Shown: piece after piece, positions 19,856 through 29,016 of the stretch
Layout: each line of letters starts with the position of its first letter
Position numbering within the stretch: the stretch's first letter is position 1
NCBI GenBank assembly: GCA_036275365.1
Contig: DASUDX010000083.1
Span: 18,390-82,389 of the forward strand
DNA: 64,000 nucleotides
Direction of reading: 5' to 3'
From: Nevskiaceae bacterium
GTDB lineage: Bacteria; Pseudomonadota; Gammaproteobacteria; Nevskiales; Nevskiaceae
The notes under the pieces: model-generated
What the model saw: only the letters and a program-made list of their open reading frames with translations
Databases searched by the model: none
What the model was told of the DNA's origin: nothing
Made by a program: the position numbers and the translations under genes

Positions 19856-21772
19856 ATGCTTGATCTGCTCTTTCTGGTCTTCCTCGCGCCGCTGCTGGGC
19901 TTCCTGATTCTCGCCTTCACCCGCGGCCGGCTCGGCGAGACCGGCTCGGCGGTGGTCGGCGTCGGCAGCGTCGGGATCTCGGCCCTGCTCACCGCGCTGA
20001 TCGGCGCGACCTTCCTCAGCAGTCCGCCGGAGGGCGGGGCCTACACCCAGCTGCTGTGGACCTGGATGAGCGTGGATGGCTTCGCCCCGGCCTTCGCCCT
20101 GCGCCTGGACGGCCTGTCGCTGACCATGATGGGCGTGATCACCGGGGTGGGTTTCTTCATCCACCTGTTCGCCGCCTGGTACATGCGCGGTGACGAGGCC
20201 TACGCGCGCTTCTTCAGCTACATGAACCTGTTCGTCGCCTCCATGCTGTTCCTGGTGCTCGGCGACAACCTGCTGTTCGTCTACTTCGGCTGGGAAGGCG
20301 TGGGTGTGGCCTCCTACCTGCTGATCGGCTTCTGGTACCAGGACGCCGCCAATGGCGCGGCGGCGCGCAAGGCCTTCGTGGTCACCCGCGTCGGCGACAC
20401 CTTCATGGCCATCGGCCTGTTCATCCTGTTCCACCAGTTCGGCACGCTGGAGATCCAGCCGCTGATGGCGGCGGTGCGCGAGGGCTGGGCGCAGGGCCCG
20501 GCAATCGCCACCGTCGCCGCCCTGCTGCTGCTCGGGGGCGCGGTGGGCAAGAGTGCCCAGCTGCCGCTGCAGACCTGGCTGCCGGATGCCATGGCCGGCC
20601 CCACCCCGGTCTCGGCGCTGATCCATGCGGCGACCATGGTCACCGCCGGGGTGTATCTGATCGCCCGCACTCATCCGCTGTTCGAGGTGGCGCCCTATGC
20701 CCTGGATGCGGTGGCCTGGGTCGGTGCGATCACCCTGTTGATGGCCGGATTCATCGCGCTGACCCAGACCGACATCAAGAAGATCCTCGCCTACTCGACC
20801 ATGAGCCAGATCGGCTACATGTTCCTGGCCCTGGGCGTGGGGGCCTACCAGCCGGCGGTGTTCCACCTGATGACCCATGCCTTCTTCAAGGCGCTGCTGT
20901 TCCTCTCGGCCGGCTCGGTGATCCTGGCCTGCCACCACGAGCAGGACATCTTCCGCATGGGCGGCCTGCGCAAGCAGATTCCGCTGACCTACTGGTGCTT
21001 CCTGATCGGGTCGCTGGCGCTGATCGCCTTCCCCTACAGCTCCGGCTATTTCAGCAAGGAAGAGATCCTCTTCGAGGCCTGGTACTCCGGCGAGCCGGCG
21101 CTGTTCTGGCTCGGTCTGGCCGGCGCCTTCATGACCGCGCTCTACACCTTCCGCCTGATCTTCATCGCCTTCTTCGGCGAGTCCCATCTGGGCTCGGCGG
21201 ACGCCCACGGCCAGAGCGCGTACGCCCACGATGACGGACACGCTCATGACCCGGGGCACGGGCACGGCGTGACGGTGCCCACCGGCCTGTCCCACCATCT
21301 GCCGCTGATCGTGCTGGCGGTGTTCTCGGTGATCGGCGGGCTGATCCACCTGCCGCTGGACGGCGTGCTGCCAGCCCGGCCGTTCACCGAGGAGCAGCAG
21401 GGCTTCATGCAGACCCTCGGCTGGATCTCTCTGGGGGTGTCCGGCGCTGGCGTGGCGCTGGCCTGGCTGATCTATGGCAGCTCCTACGCCCGCAGCGTGC
21501 GCCTGCGCGATTCGCGCAACCCGCTGCTGCTCTGGTGGCGCGCCGCGTTCGGCTGGGACTGGCTGTATGACCGGCTGTTCGTGAAGCCCTATCTGTTCAT
21601 CGTGCACATCAACCGGCGCGATGGGGTGGATCAGCTGATCACCCTGATTCCGGATGGCTTCCGCTCCCTCAACGGCCTGCTCACCCAGACCCAGACCGGC
21701 CATCTGCGCTGGTACGCCGCCGCCCTGGCCGGCGGGGCGGTGCTGGTGATCGGCGCAACGGTGTTCGCATGA
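19856..21772 (+). CDS. nuoL: NADH-quinone oxidoreductase subunit L
   Basis: 638-aa antiporter-like subunit with the [29 protein letters not shown] block. Preceded by an unusually long 122-nt spacer. Confidence 0.95.
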   Translation: MLDLLFLVFLAPLLGFLILAFTRGRLGETGSAVVGVGSVGISALLTALIGATFLSSPPEGGAYTQLLWTWMSVDGFAPAFALRLDGLSLTMMGVITGVGFFIHLFAAWYMRGDEAYARFFSYMNLFVASMLFLVLGDNLLFVYFGWEGVGVASYLLIGFWYQDAANGAAARKAFVVTRVGDTFMAIGLFILFHQFGTLEIQPLMAAVREGWAQGPAIATVAALLLLGGAVGKSAQLPLQTWLPDAMAGPTPVSALIHAATMVTAGVYLIARTHPLFEVAPYALDAVAWVGAITLLMAGFIALTQTDIKKILAYSTMSQIGYMFLALGVGAYQPAVFHLMTHAFFKALLFLSAGSVILACHHEQDIFRMGGLRKQIPLTYWCFLIGSLALIAFPYSSGYFSKEEILFEAWYSGEPALFWLGLAGAFMTALYTFRLIFIAFFGESHLGSADAHGQSAYAHDDGHAHDPGHGHGVTVPTGLSHHLPLIVLAVFSVIGGLIHLPLDGVLPARPFTEEQQGFMQTLGWISLGVSGAGVALAWLIYGSSYARSVRLRDSRNPLLLWWRAAFGWDWLYDRLFVKPYLFIVHINRRDGVDQLITLIPDGFRSLNGLLTQTQTGHLRWYAAALAGGAVLVIGATVFA

Positions 21773-23307
21773 TCCTGCTCTGGCTCATCCTCATCCCCTT
21801 CATCGGCGGCCTGCTGTGCTGGCAGGGCGAGCGCTTCCTCGGCCGCGAGATGCCGCGCTGGATCGCGCTGCTGACCATGCTGCTGGCGCTGGGCATCTCG
21901 CTGTGGCTCTGGGCCACCGGCACCTACGACCTGCCAGCGGTGGGCGGCAAGCCGACCTGGGCGCTGGAGTACAAGGTCGACTGGATTCCGCGCTTCGGCA
22001 TCTCCCTGCATCTGGCGCTGGACGGGCTGTCCCTGCTGCTGGTGATCCTCACCAATCTGCTGGGCGTGATGGCGGTGGGCTGTTCCTGGAAGGAGATCGA
22101 CCGCAATGTCGGCTTCTTCCACCTCAACCTGCTGTGGAACCTGGGCGGCGTGGTCGGCGTGTTCCTGACGCTGGACCTGTTCCTGTTCTTCTTCCTCTGG
22201 GAAATGATGCTGGTGCCGATGTACTTCCTGATCGCGCTGTGGGGGCATGACTCCCCGGGCGGCAAGGGCAAGGTCTACGCGGCCACCAAGTTCTTCATCT
22301 TCACCCAGGCCTCGGGCCTGCTGATGCTGCTCTCCATCCTCGGCCTGGTGTTCGTGCACCAGCAGCAGACCGGGGTGATCACCTTCAACTACATGGACCT
22401 GCTCGACACCGAGATGGGTCCGCTCACCGAGTACCTGCTGATGCTCGGCTTCTTCATCGCCTTCGCGGTGAAGACCCCGGCCATTCCCTTCCACAGCTGG
22501 CTGCCGGATGCCCACTCGCAGGCGCCCACCGCCGGCTCGGTGGATCTGGCCGGCATCCTGCTGAAGACCGCGGCCTACGGCATGCTCCGCTTCGGCCTGC
22601 CGCTGTTCCCCAATGCCTCGGCGGACTTCGCGCCGGTGGCGATGTGGCTGGGCGTGATCGGCATCGTCTACGGCGCCTTCATGTGCTTCGCCCAGACCGA
22701 TATCAAGCGTCTGGTGGCCTACTCCTCGATCTCGCACATGGGCTTCGTGCTGGTGGGGGTCTATGCCGGCACCGAGCAGGCCTTGCAGGGCGTGGTGATG
22801 CAGATGCTCGCCCACGGCATTTCCGCCGGTGCGCTGTTCATCCTCTGCGGCGAGATCTACGAGCGTCTGCACACCCGCGAGCTGCCGAAGATGGGCGGGC
22901 TGTGGGCGCGCCTGCCCTATCTGCCGCCGATCACCCTGTTCTTCTGCCTGGCGGCGCTGGGCATGCCCGGGCTCGGCAACTTCATCGGCGAGTTCCTGAT
23001 CCTGCTCGGCACCTGGCCGGTCGACCCGCTGATCACCTGCGTGGCGGCGGTGGGTCTGGTGATGGGCGCGGTCTACTCGCTGATCCTGATCCAGCGCGCC
23101 TTCCACGGTCCGCCGCAGGCCGACATGCCCCATCTGAAGGACCTCTCGCGCCGGGAGCTGGCCCTGGTCGGCTCGCTGATGGCCATCCTGCTGTGGATGG
23201 GTCTCTACCCGCAGCCCTTCCTCGACACCAGCGCCACCTCCATGCAGCACGTCGCCGAGATCTACCGCAGCGCCGGCAGTGCCGCCAGCCTGGGAGCCCA
23301 GCCATGA
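21769..23307 (+). CDS. nuoM: NADH-quinone oxidoreductase subunit M
   Basis: 512-aa antiporter-like subunit with the [29 protein letters not shown] block. Its start overlaps the nuoL stop. Confidence 0.95.
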   Translation: MILLWLILIPFIGGLLCWQGERFLGREMPRWIALLTMLLALGISLWLWATGTYDLPAVGGKPTWALEYKVDWIPRFGISLHLALDGLSLLLVILTNLLGVMAVGCSWKEIDRNVGFFHLNLLWNLGGVVGVFLTLDLFLFFFLWEMMLVPMYFLIALWGHDSPGGKGKVYAATKFFIFTQASGLLMLLSILGLVFVHQQQTGVITFNYMDLLDTEMGPLTEYLLMLGFFIAFAVKTPAIPFHSWLPDAHSQAPTAGSVDLAGILLKTAAYGMLRFGLPLFPNASADFAPVAMWLGVIGIVYGAFMCFAQTDIKRLVAYSSISHMGFVLVGVYAGTEQALQGVVMQMLAHGISAGALFILCGEIYERLHTRELPKMGGLWARLPYLPPITLFFCLAALGMPGLGNFIGEFLILLGTWPVDPLITCVAAVGLVMGAVYSLILIQRAFHGPPQADMPHLKDLSRRELALVGSLMAILLWMGLYPQPFLDTSATSMQHVAEIYRSAGSAASLGAQP

Positions 23308-24758
23308 GCTTCACTCCGGCCCAGTGGCTGGCCCTGCTGCCGATCCTGCTGGTCAGCGCCACCATCGTGGTGGTGATGCTGGCGATCGCCGTCAAGCGCG
23401 ATCACTGGTGGAACGCCACCTTCACCGTGGTGGGGCTCAACCTCGCCCTGATCTCCTGCATCCTGCTGGTCAGCAACGGCAGCCAGGATGTCACCCCGCT
23501 GCTGCGGGTGGATGGCTACAGCACCTTCTACATGGCGATGATCCTCGCCACCACGCTCGCCACCGCCACCCTCTCCCACGCCTATCTGGAAGGCTATGCC
23601 GGCAACAAGGAGGAGATGTACCTCCTGCTCGGCCTGTCCAGCCTCGGCGCCATCGTGCTGGTCTGCGCCAACCATCTGGCGGCCTTCTTCATCGGTCTCG
23701 AGCTGATGAGCATCCCGCTCTACGCGATGGTCGGCTACCCGCTGAAGAACCAGCGCTCGCTGGAAGCCGGGCTGAAGTATCTGGTGCTCTCGGCCGGGGC
23801 CTCGGCCTTCCTGCTGTTCGGCATGGCGCTGATGTACTCGCAGGTGGGCTCGATGAGCTTCGCCGCCCTCGGCGCCTACGCCAGCAGCGCGGCGGCCAAT
23901 CCCTTCCTGCAGGTGGGCGCGGCGCTGTTCATCGTCGGCGTCGGCTTCAAGCTCTCGCTGGTGCCCTTCCACCTGTGGACGCCGGATGTCTACGAGGGCG
24001 CGCCCGCGCCGGTGGCGGCCTATCTCGCCACCGCCAGCAAGACCGCGGTGTTCGCCGTGCTCTTGCGCTACTTCGTCGAGGGCGGTGGCTATTCCCAGCC
24101 CACCCTGCTCGACACGCTGGCGGTGATCGCCATCGTCTCCATCCTGGTCGGCAATGTGCTGGCGCTGATGCAGGCCAATGTGAAGCGCATGCTGGCCTAT
24201 TCCTCGGTGGCCCAGTTCGGCTACTGCCTGGTGGCGCTGATCGCCAGTGGACCGCTGGCAGTGGAAGCGGTGGGCATGTTCCTGCTCACCTATGTGGTGA
24301 CCACCCTGGGCGCCTTCGGCGTGGTGACGCTCACCTCCAGCCCGATGGGCGAGGCCGACGCCGACGAGTACGACGACTACCGCGGCCTGTTCTGGCGCCG
24401 TCCCTATCTCGCCTCGATCCTCACCGCCATGCTGCTCTCGCTGGCTGGCATCCCGCTCACCGCCGGCTTCATCGGCAAGTTCTATGTGATCGCTGCCGGC
24501 GTCGAGCAGCGCGAGTGGTGGCTGCTGGCGGCCGTGGTGGTGGGTAGCGCCATCGGCCTGTACTACTACCTCAAGCTGATGATCACCCTGTTCCTGGTCA
24601 CCCCGGCGCTGCGCCGCTTCAGCGCGCCGCTGGACTGGGCGCAGCGCGCCGGCGGCACCATGGTGCTGCTGCTGATGCTGCTGATGCTGCTGATGGGGCT
24701 GTTCCCGCAGCCCTTCATCGACATCGTCCAGATCGGCAGCCTGGGCCAGCCGCGGTGA
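23304..24758 (+). CDS. nuoN: NADH-quinone oxidoreductase subunit N
   Basis: Start set at ATG 23304 ([17 protein letters not shown]...), an ATGA overlap with the nuoM stop. Contains the LWTPDVYEGAPAPVAAYLATASK block. The track ORF's 5' extension (22644-23303) is an out-of-frame overlap with nuoM. Confidence 0.93.
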   Translation: MSFTPAQWLALLPILLVSATIVVVMLAIAVKRDHWWNATFTVVGLNLALISCILLVSNGSQDVTPLLRVDGYSTFYMAMILATTLATATLSHAYLEGYAGNKEEMYLLLGLSSLGAIVLVCANHLAAFFIGLELMSIPLYAMVGYPLKNQRSLEAGLKYLVLSAGASAFLLFGMALMYSQVGSMSFAALGAYASSAAANPFLQVGAALFIVGVGFKLSLVPFHLWTPDVYEGAPAPVAAYLATASKTAVFAVLLRYFVEGGGYSQPTLLDTLAVIAIVSILVGNVLALMQANVKRMLAYSSVAQFGYCLVALIASGPLAVEAVGMFLLTYVVTTLGAFGVVTLTSSPMGEADADEYDDYRGLFWRRPYLASILTAMLLSLAGIPLTAGFIGKFYVIAAGVEQREWWLLAAVVVGSAIGLYYYLKLMITLFLVTPALRRFSAPLDWAQRAGGTMVLLLMLLMLLMGLFPQPFIDIVQIGSLGQPR

Positions 24759-25075
24759 GAGCCGCCGCGGCCCCGGCCCGGCTGGGGCTGATCCTGCTCG
24801 CGGGGCTGGCCGGCTGCGTCGGCAACCGGCCCTGGGACCCGCTGCCGCCGGCCTACCGCTTCGAGCGCTTCGAGGCCGCCGATCTGGACCGTGACGGCAA
24901 GCTCGACCGCGCTGAAACCGGCAGCGCCTTCCCCGAGTTCCTCGAGCGCTTCAACCGCCTGGACACCGACAAGTCCGGCCTGCTGTCGTGGAGCGAGTTC
25001 CGCAGCTATGCGCGCATCCGCGGCCATGTCCGCGAGCTGCCGCCCGATCCGCCCGCCACCCGTCCCGCCTCATGA
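24755..25075 (+). CDS. Small EF-hand calcium-binding lipoprotein
   Basis: 106-aa ORF whose GTG start overlaps the nuoN TGA (GTGA). Lipoprotein signal [10 protein letters not shown]. Two canonical 12-residue EF-hand loops, [12 protein letters not shown] and [12 protein letters not shown]. Its stop overlaps the purT ATG (ATGA). Confidence 0.7.
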   Translation: MRAAAAPARLGLILLAGLAGCVGNRPWDPLPPAYRFERFEAADLDRDGKLDRAETGSAFPEFLERFNRLDTDKSGLLSWSEFRSYARIRGHVRELPPDPPATRPAS

Positions 25076-26268
25076 ACCCCGTCATCGGCACCCCGCTGTC
25101 ACCCACCGCCACCCGGGTACTGCTGCTGGGCGCCGGCGAGCTGGGCAAGGAGCTGGTGATCGAGCTGCAGCGGCTGGGCGTGGAGTGCATCGCGGTGGAC
25201 CGCTACGCCAACGCCCCGGCCATGCAGGTGGCGCACCGCAGCCATGTGATCCGCATGCTCGATGGCGCGGCGCTGCGTGCGGTGATCGAACAGGAGCGGC
25301 CGCAGCTGATCGTTCCGGAGATCGAGGCCATCCACACCCCGACCCTGGAGGCCCTGGAAGCCGAGGGCCAGACGGTGATTCCCACCGCCCGCGCCGCGCG
25401 CCTGACCATGGATCGCGAGGGCATCCGCCGGCTCGCTGCCGAGACCCTGGGGCTGCCCACCTCGCCCTACCGCTTTGCCGAGACGCTCGAGACCTACCAG
25501 GCGGCGGTGGCCGCGATCGGTCTGCCCTGCGTGGTCAAGCCGGTGATGTCGAGCTCGGGCAAGGGCCAGAGCGTGGTGAAGAGCGCCGCCGATGTGCAGG
25601 CGGCCTGGGACTACGCCCAGCAGGGCGGCCGCGCCGGTGCCGGGCGGGTGATCGTGGAGGGCTTCGTCGCCTTCGACTACGAGATCACCCTGCTCACCGT
25701 GCGCCATCTCGATGGCCACGGCCAGCCGGTGACCAGCTTCTGCCCGCCGATCGGCCATCTGCAGATCGACGGCGACTACCGCGAGTCCTGGCAGCCGCAG
25801 CCGATGAGCGCGGCGGCGCTGGCCCAGGCCCAGGACATCGCCCGGCGGATCACCGAGGCGCTTGGCGGCCGCGGCCTGTTCGGCGTGGAGCTGTTCATCC
25901 GCGGCGACCAGGCGATCTTCAGCGAAGTCTCGCCGCGCCCGCACGACACCGGCCTGGTCACCTTGATCTCGCAGGATCTCTCCGAGTTCGCCCTGCACGC
26001 GCGGGCCATCCTCGGCCTGCCCATCCCCGGGCTGCGCAGCCACGGTCCGGCGGCGAGCTGCGCCGTGCTCTGCGAGGGGGATCAGGTGGCGCCGCGCTTC
26101 GAGGGGCTGGCGGCGGCGCTGGCCGAGCCCGACACCGCGCTGCGCCTGTTCGGCAAGCCGGAGATCGGCGGCAAGCGACGCATGGGTGTGACCCTGGCCC
26201 TGGGCGAGACGGTGGACGCCGCCCGTGACAAGGCGCGCCGCGCGCGCGCCGCCATCCAGCACCGCTGA
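25072..26268 (+). CDS. purT: Formate-dependent phosphoribosylglycinamide formyltransferase (GAR transformylase 2)
   Basis: Start set at ATG 25072 ([27 protein letters not shown]). ATP-grasp blocks [14 protein letters not shown] and [15 protein letters not shown] are present. C-terminal [16 protein letters not shown] is typical of PurT. Confidence 0.9.
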   Translation: MNPVIGTPLSPTATRVLLLGAGELGKELVIELQRLGVECIAVDRYANAPAMQVAHRSHVIRMLDGAALRAVIEQERPQLIVPEIEAIHTPTLEALEAEGQTVIPTARAARLTMDREGIRRLAAETLGLPTSPYRFAETLETYQAAVAAIGLPCVVKPVMSSSGKGQSVVKSAADVQAAWDYAQQGGRAGAGRVIVEGFVAFDYEITLLTVRHLDGHGQPVTSFCPPIGHLQIDGDYRESWQPQPMSAAALAQAQDIARRITEALGGRGLFGVELFIRGDQAIFSEVSPRPHDTGLVTLISQDLSEFALHARAILGLPIPGLRSHGPAASCAVLCEGDQVAPRFEGLAAALAEPDTALRLFGKPEIGGKRRMGVTLALGETVDAARDKARRARAAIQHR

Positions 26269-26305
26269 GCGGGAACGGATCGGGCCAGGCGGGGTCCCAC
26301 GCTCC

Positions 26306-27754
26306 ATGAAGCCCGCCCATCCGCCGCTGCGTCTGCTGCCCGGCCTGCTGGCCGCGCTGCTGATCCTGTGGTCCTCCGCGCTGGCGGCGCTGGACGAGCG
26401 CGAGGCCCTGGCGCTGGCCCTGCGCACCGGCTTCCTGCCCACCGATGCGGAGCTCGCCGCGCTGCGGCCGCTGGACTGGGAAGCGGCGGTGCAGGGCCGC
26501 ATCGACGCCGCCACCCGGCGGGCCGCGGCCCCTGCCGTCCGCCACGCCGAGTTCGACCGCGAGGAGGCCGCCAACCCGCTGCGTGGCCGGCGGGGCGCCG
26601 AACGCCGCGAGGCCCTGCGCGAGCGCGCCGAGGACATCGGCGAGCTGCAGGCCTGGTGGATGGGCGAGATGGTCGGCACCCCGGCGCCGCTGCTGGAGCG
26701 CATGACGCTGTTCTGGCACGGCCATTTTCCGGTGCGCTTCAAGCCGGTCGGTTCGCCGGTGCTGCTCTATCGCCAGAACCAGCTGTTCCGCCGCCATGCG
26801 CTGGGCGACTACCGGGCGCTGCTGCGCGGGCTGCTGCGCGACCCGGCGATGCTGATCTTTCTCGACAACACCCGCAATCGGAAGCAGGCGCCCAACGAGA
26901 ACCTGGCCCGCGAGTTCCTCGAGCTGTTCACCCTCGGCGAGGGGCACTACCGCGAGCGCGACATCAAGGAGGCCGCCCGCGCGCTCACCGGCTGGGGCGT
27001 GGATGCGGACACCGGCGAGTTCCGCATCGAGCCGCGCTTCCACGACGACGGCGAGAAGGAGATTCTCGGCGCCCGCGGCCGCTTCGACGGGGATGATCTG
27101 GTGGAGCGGGTGCTGGCCCAGCCACAGGCCGCGCGCTTCATCACCGAGAAGCTATGGCGCGAGTTCGTCTCGCCGCAGCCGGTGCCGGCCCGGGTCGAGG
27201 CCCTGGCCGCCGGCTTCCGCCGGGACTGGCGGCTGGACCGCCTGCTGCTGGCCCTGCTGACCACCCCGGAGGCGCGCGATCCGGGCCTGCGCGGGCAGCT
27301 GGTGAAGTCCCCGGTGGAGCTGGTGGTGGGGGTGAGCCGCGCGCTGGCGCTGCCGGTGGACGATGGCCGGGTGCTGGCCGCCGCCGCGGCCAGCCAGGGC
27401 CAGGCGCTGTTCAACCCGCCGAATGTGCGCGGCTGGCCGCAGGGGGTGGCCTGGATCAGCAGCCAGACCCTGCTGGCCCGCCTGCAGTACCTGCGCTGGG
27501 TCCTGGGCGAAACACCCCAGCTGCCGGCCGTCGAGGATCTGCCGGGGGTGTTGGTCAACGCGGCGCGACGCCAGGGCCGCAGCCTGCAGGCGCGCTACCG
27601 CGAGGCCCTGGCCGGACGCGCCGAGCGCTTCCCCGACCAGGGCGGCGCGGCGCGCTGGGTGGTGATCGACCCGCTGGTGCGGCTGGATCTCGCCGAGGCA
27701 CCGACCGTGCGCTTCACGCAAACCCTCCTCGATCCCAGCTTCCAGCTCAAATGA
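26306..27754 (+). CDS. DUF1800 family protein, exported
   Basis: Start set at ATG 26306 (MKPAHPPLRLLPGLLAALLILWSSALAA signal). Contains the LFWHGHFPV and NENLAREFLELFTLGEGHY blocks characteristic of DUF1800. Confidence 0.85.
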   Translation: MKPAHPPLRLLPGLLAALLILWSSALAALDEREALALALRTGFLPTDAELAALRPLDWEAAVQGRIDAATRRAAAPAVRHAEFDREEAANPLRGRRGAERREALRERAEDIGELQAWWMGEMVGTPAPLLERMTLFWHGHFPVRFKPVGSPVLLYRQNQLFRRHALGDYRALLRGLLRDPAMLIFLDNTRNRKQAPNENLAREFLELFTLGEGHYRERDIKEAARALTGWGVDADTGEFRIEPRFHDDGEKEILGARGRFDGDDLVERVLAQPQAARFITEKLWREFVSPQPVPARVEALAAGFRRDWRLDRLLLALLTTPEARDPGLRGQLVKSPVELVVGVSRALALPVDDGRVLAAAAASQGQALFNPPNVRGWPQGVAWISSQTLLARLQYLRWVLGETPQLPAVEDLPGVLVNAARRQGRSLQARYREALAGRAERFPDQGGAARWVVIDPLVRLDLAEAPTVRFTQTLLDPSFQLK

Positions 27755-28914
27755 ACGCGCGCCTGTCCCGTCGTGCCCTGCTGCAGGCGCTCGGTCCGAT
27801 CGGCGCCAGCCTGCTGCTGGCCCCGCCGCGCCTGCTGGCCTCGGCCTCGCCGCGCTGCCTGATCCTGGTCGAGCTCAACGGCGCCAACGATGGCCTCAAC
27901 ACCGTGGTGCCCTACGCCGATCCGGCCTACCGCGCGCTGCGGCCGAACCTCGCCCTGGCGCGCGAGGGACTGCTGGCACTGGACGCGCGGCTGGCCCTGC
28001 ATCCGCAGCTGCGCCGGCTGCACCGGCGCTTCCAGGCCCGCGAGCTGGCCATCGTGCTGGGTCTGGGCTATCCCGATCCCAACCGCTCGCATTTCCGCTC
28101 GATCGAGATCTGGGACAGCGGCTCGGATGCCGACCAGACCTCCAACGAGGGCTGGCTGACCCGCCTGGGCAGCGCCCCGCTGCGCCAGGCGGGCTACGCG
28201 CTGGACGGGGTGGTGATCGGCCGCAATCCCGGGCCGCTGTCCGGCGAGGCCTTCCTGCCGGTGGTGATGGAGGATCGCCAGTCCTATCTGGCCGAGGCCC
28301 TGCGCACCGACGCCCCGCAGGCGCTGCTGGCGCGCAACCCGACGCTCGCCCATCTGGTGCGGGTGCAGAGCGCCATCGAGGGCTCGGCCGACTCCCTCGC
28401 TGCGGATCGGCCGCCGCTGAAGACGGCCTTTCCGAAGGGCCGCTTTGGCGAGGATCTGGCCGAGGCCGCACGGCTGGCGAGCGGACGGCCGCTGGCGGCG
28501 GTGATCAAGGTGGCGCTGACCGGCTTTGATACCCATGTGGGCCAGCTCGGCCGCCACCAGGCCCTGCTCGGCGAGCTCGACGAGGGCCTCGAGGCCCTGT
28601 GCACCGCCCTGCGCGAGACCGGGGCCTGGTCACACACCCTGGTGATGACCTACTCCGAGTTCGGCCGTCGCGCCCGCGAGAACGCCGCCCGCGGCACCGA
28701 TCACGGCACCGCGGCACCCCACTTCGTGCTCGGTGGCGCGGTCCGCGGCGGGCTGTACGGCGAGCAGCCGCGGCTGGACCGGCTGGTGGACGATGATCTG
28801 GTCCACACCGTGGATTTCCGCCGCTACTACAACAGCGTGCTCGCCGACTGGTTCGGCCGGCCGGAGATCCAGTTCGATCCCGCCCGTCACCGCCGGCTCG
28901 ACTTCCTCGCCTGA
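27751..28914 (+). CDS. DUF1501 family protein (sulfatase/phosphatase-like fold), Tat-exported
   Basis: Start at ATG 27751, overlapping the DUF1800 stop (ATGA). Twin-arginine signal MNARLSRRALLQALGP. Contains the NGANDGLNTVVP, TGFDTH and YSEFGRRARENAARGTDHG blocks typical of DUF1501. Confidence 0.85.
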   Translation: MNARLSRRALLQALGPIGASLLLAPPRLLASASPRCLILVELNGANDGLNTVVPYADPAYRALRPNLALAREGLLALDARLALHPQLRRLHRRFQARELAIVLGLGYPDPNRSHFRSIEIWDSGSDADQTSNEGWLTRLGSAPLRQAGYALDGVVIGRNPGPLSGEAFLPVVMEDRQSYLAEALRTDAPQALLARNPTLAHLVRVQSAIEGSADSLAADRPPLKTAFPKGRFGEDLAEAARLASGRPLAAVIKVALTGFDTHVGQLGRHQALLGELDEGLEALCTALRETGAWSHTLVMTYSEFGRRARENAARGTDHGTAAPHFVLGGAVRGGLYGEQPRLDRLVDDDLVHTVDFRRYYNSVLADWFGRPEIQFDPARHRRLDFLA

Positions 28915-29016
28915 GCCGGGCGGCCGCCGCTCGGCCGCTGCCGGCCACCCCTGATCCGCCGACCCTGCGCGCCGGCGCCGGCCGGCCGCTACACCGGGGC
29001 AAGCGCGAGGATTCCG

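Noticed and set aside
22644-23303. 5' extension of the nuoN reading frame (704-aa ORF)
   Set aside because: It overlaps nuoM out of frame and translates to Arg/Gly/Pro-rich sequence. The membrane protein begins at ATG 23304 with an ATGA overlap to nuoM.
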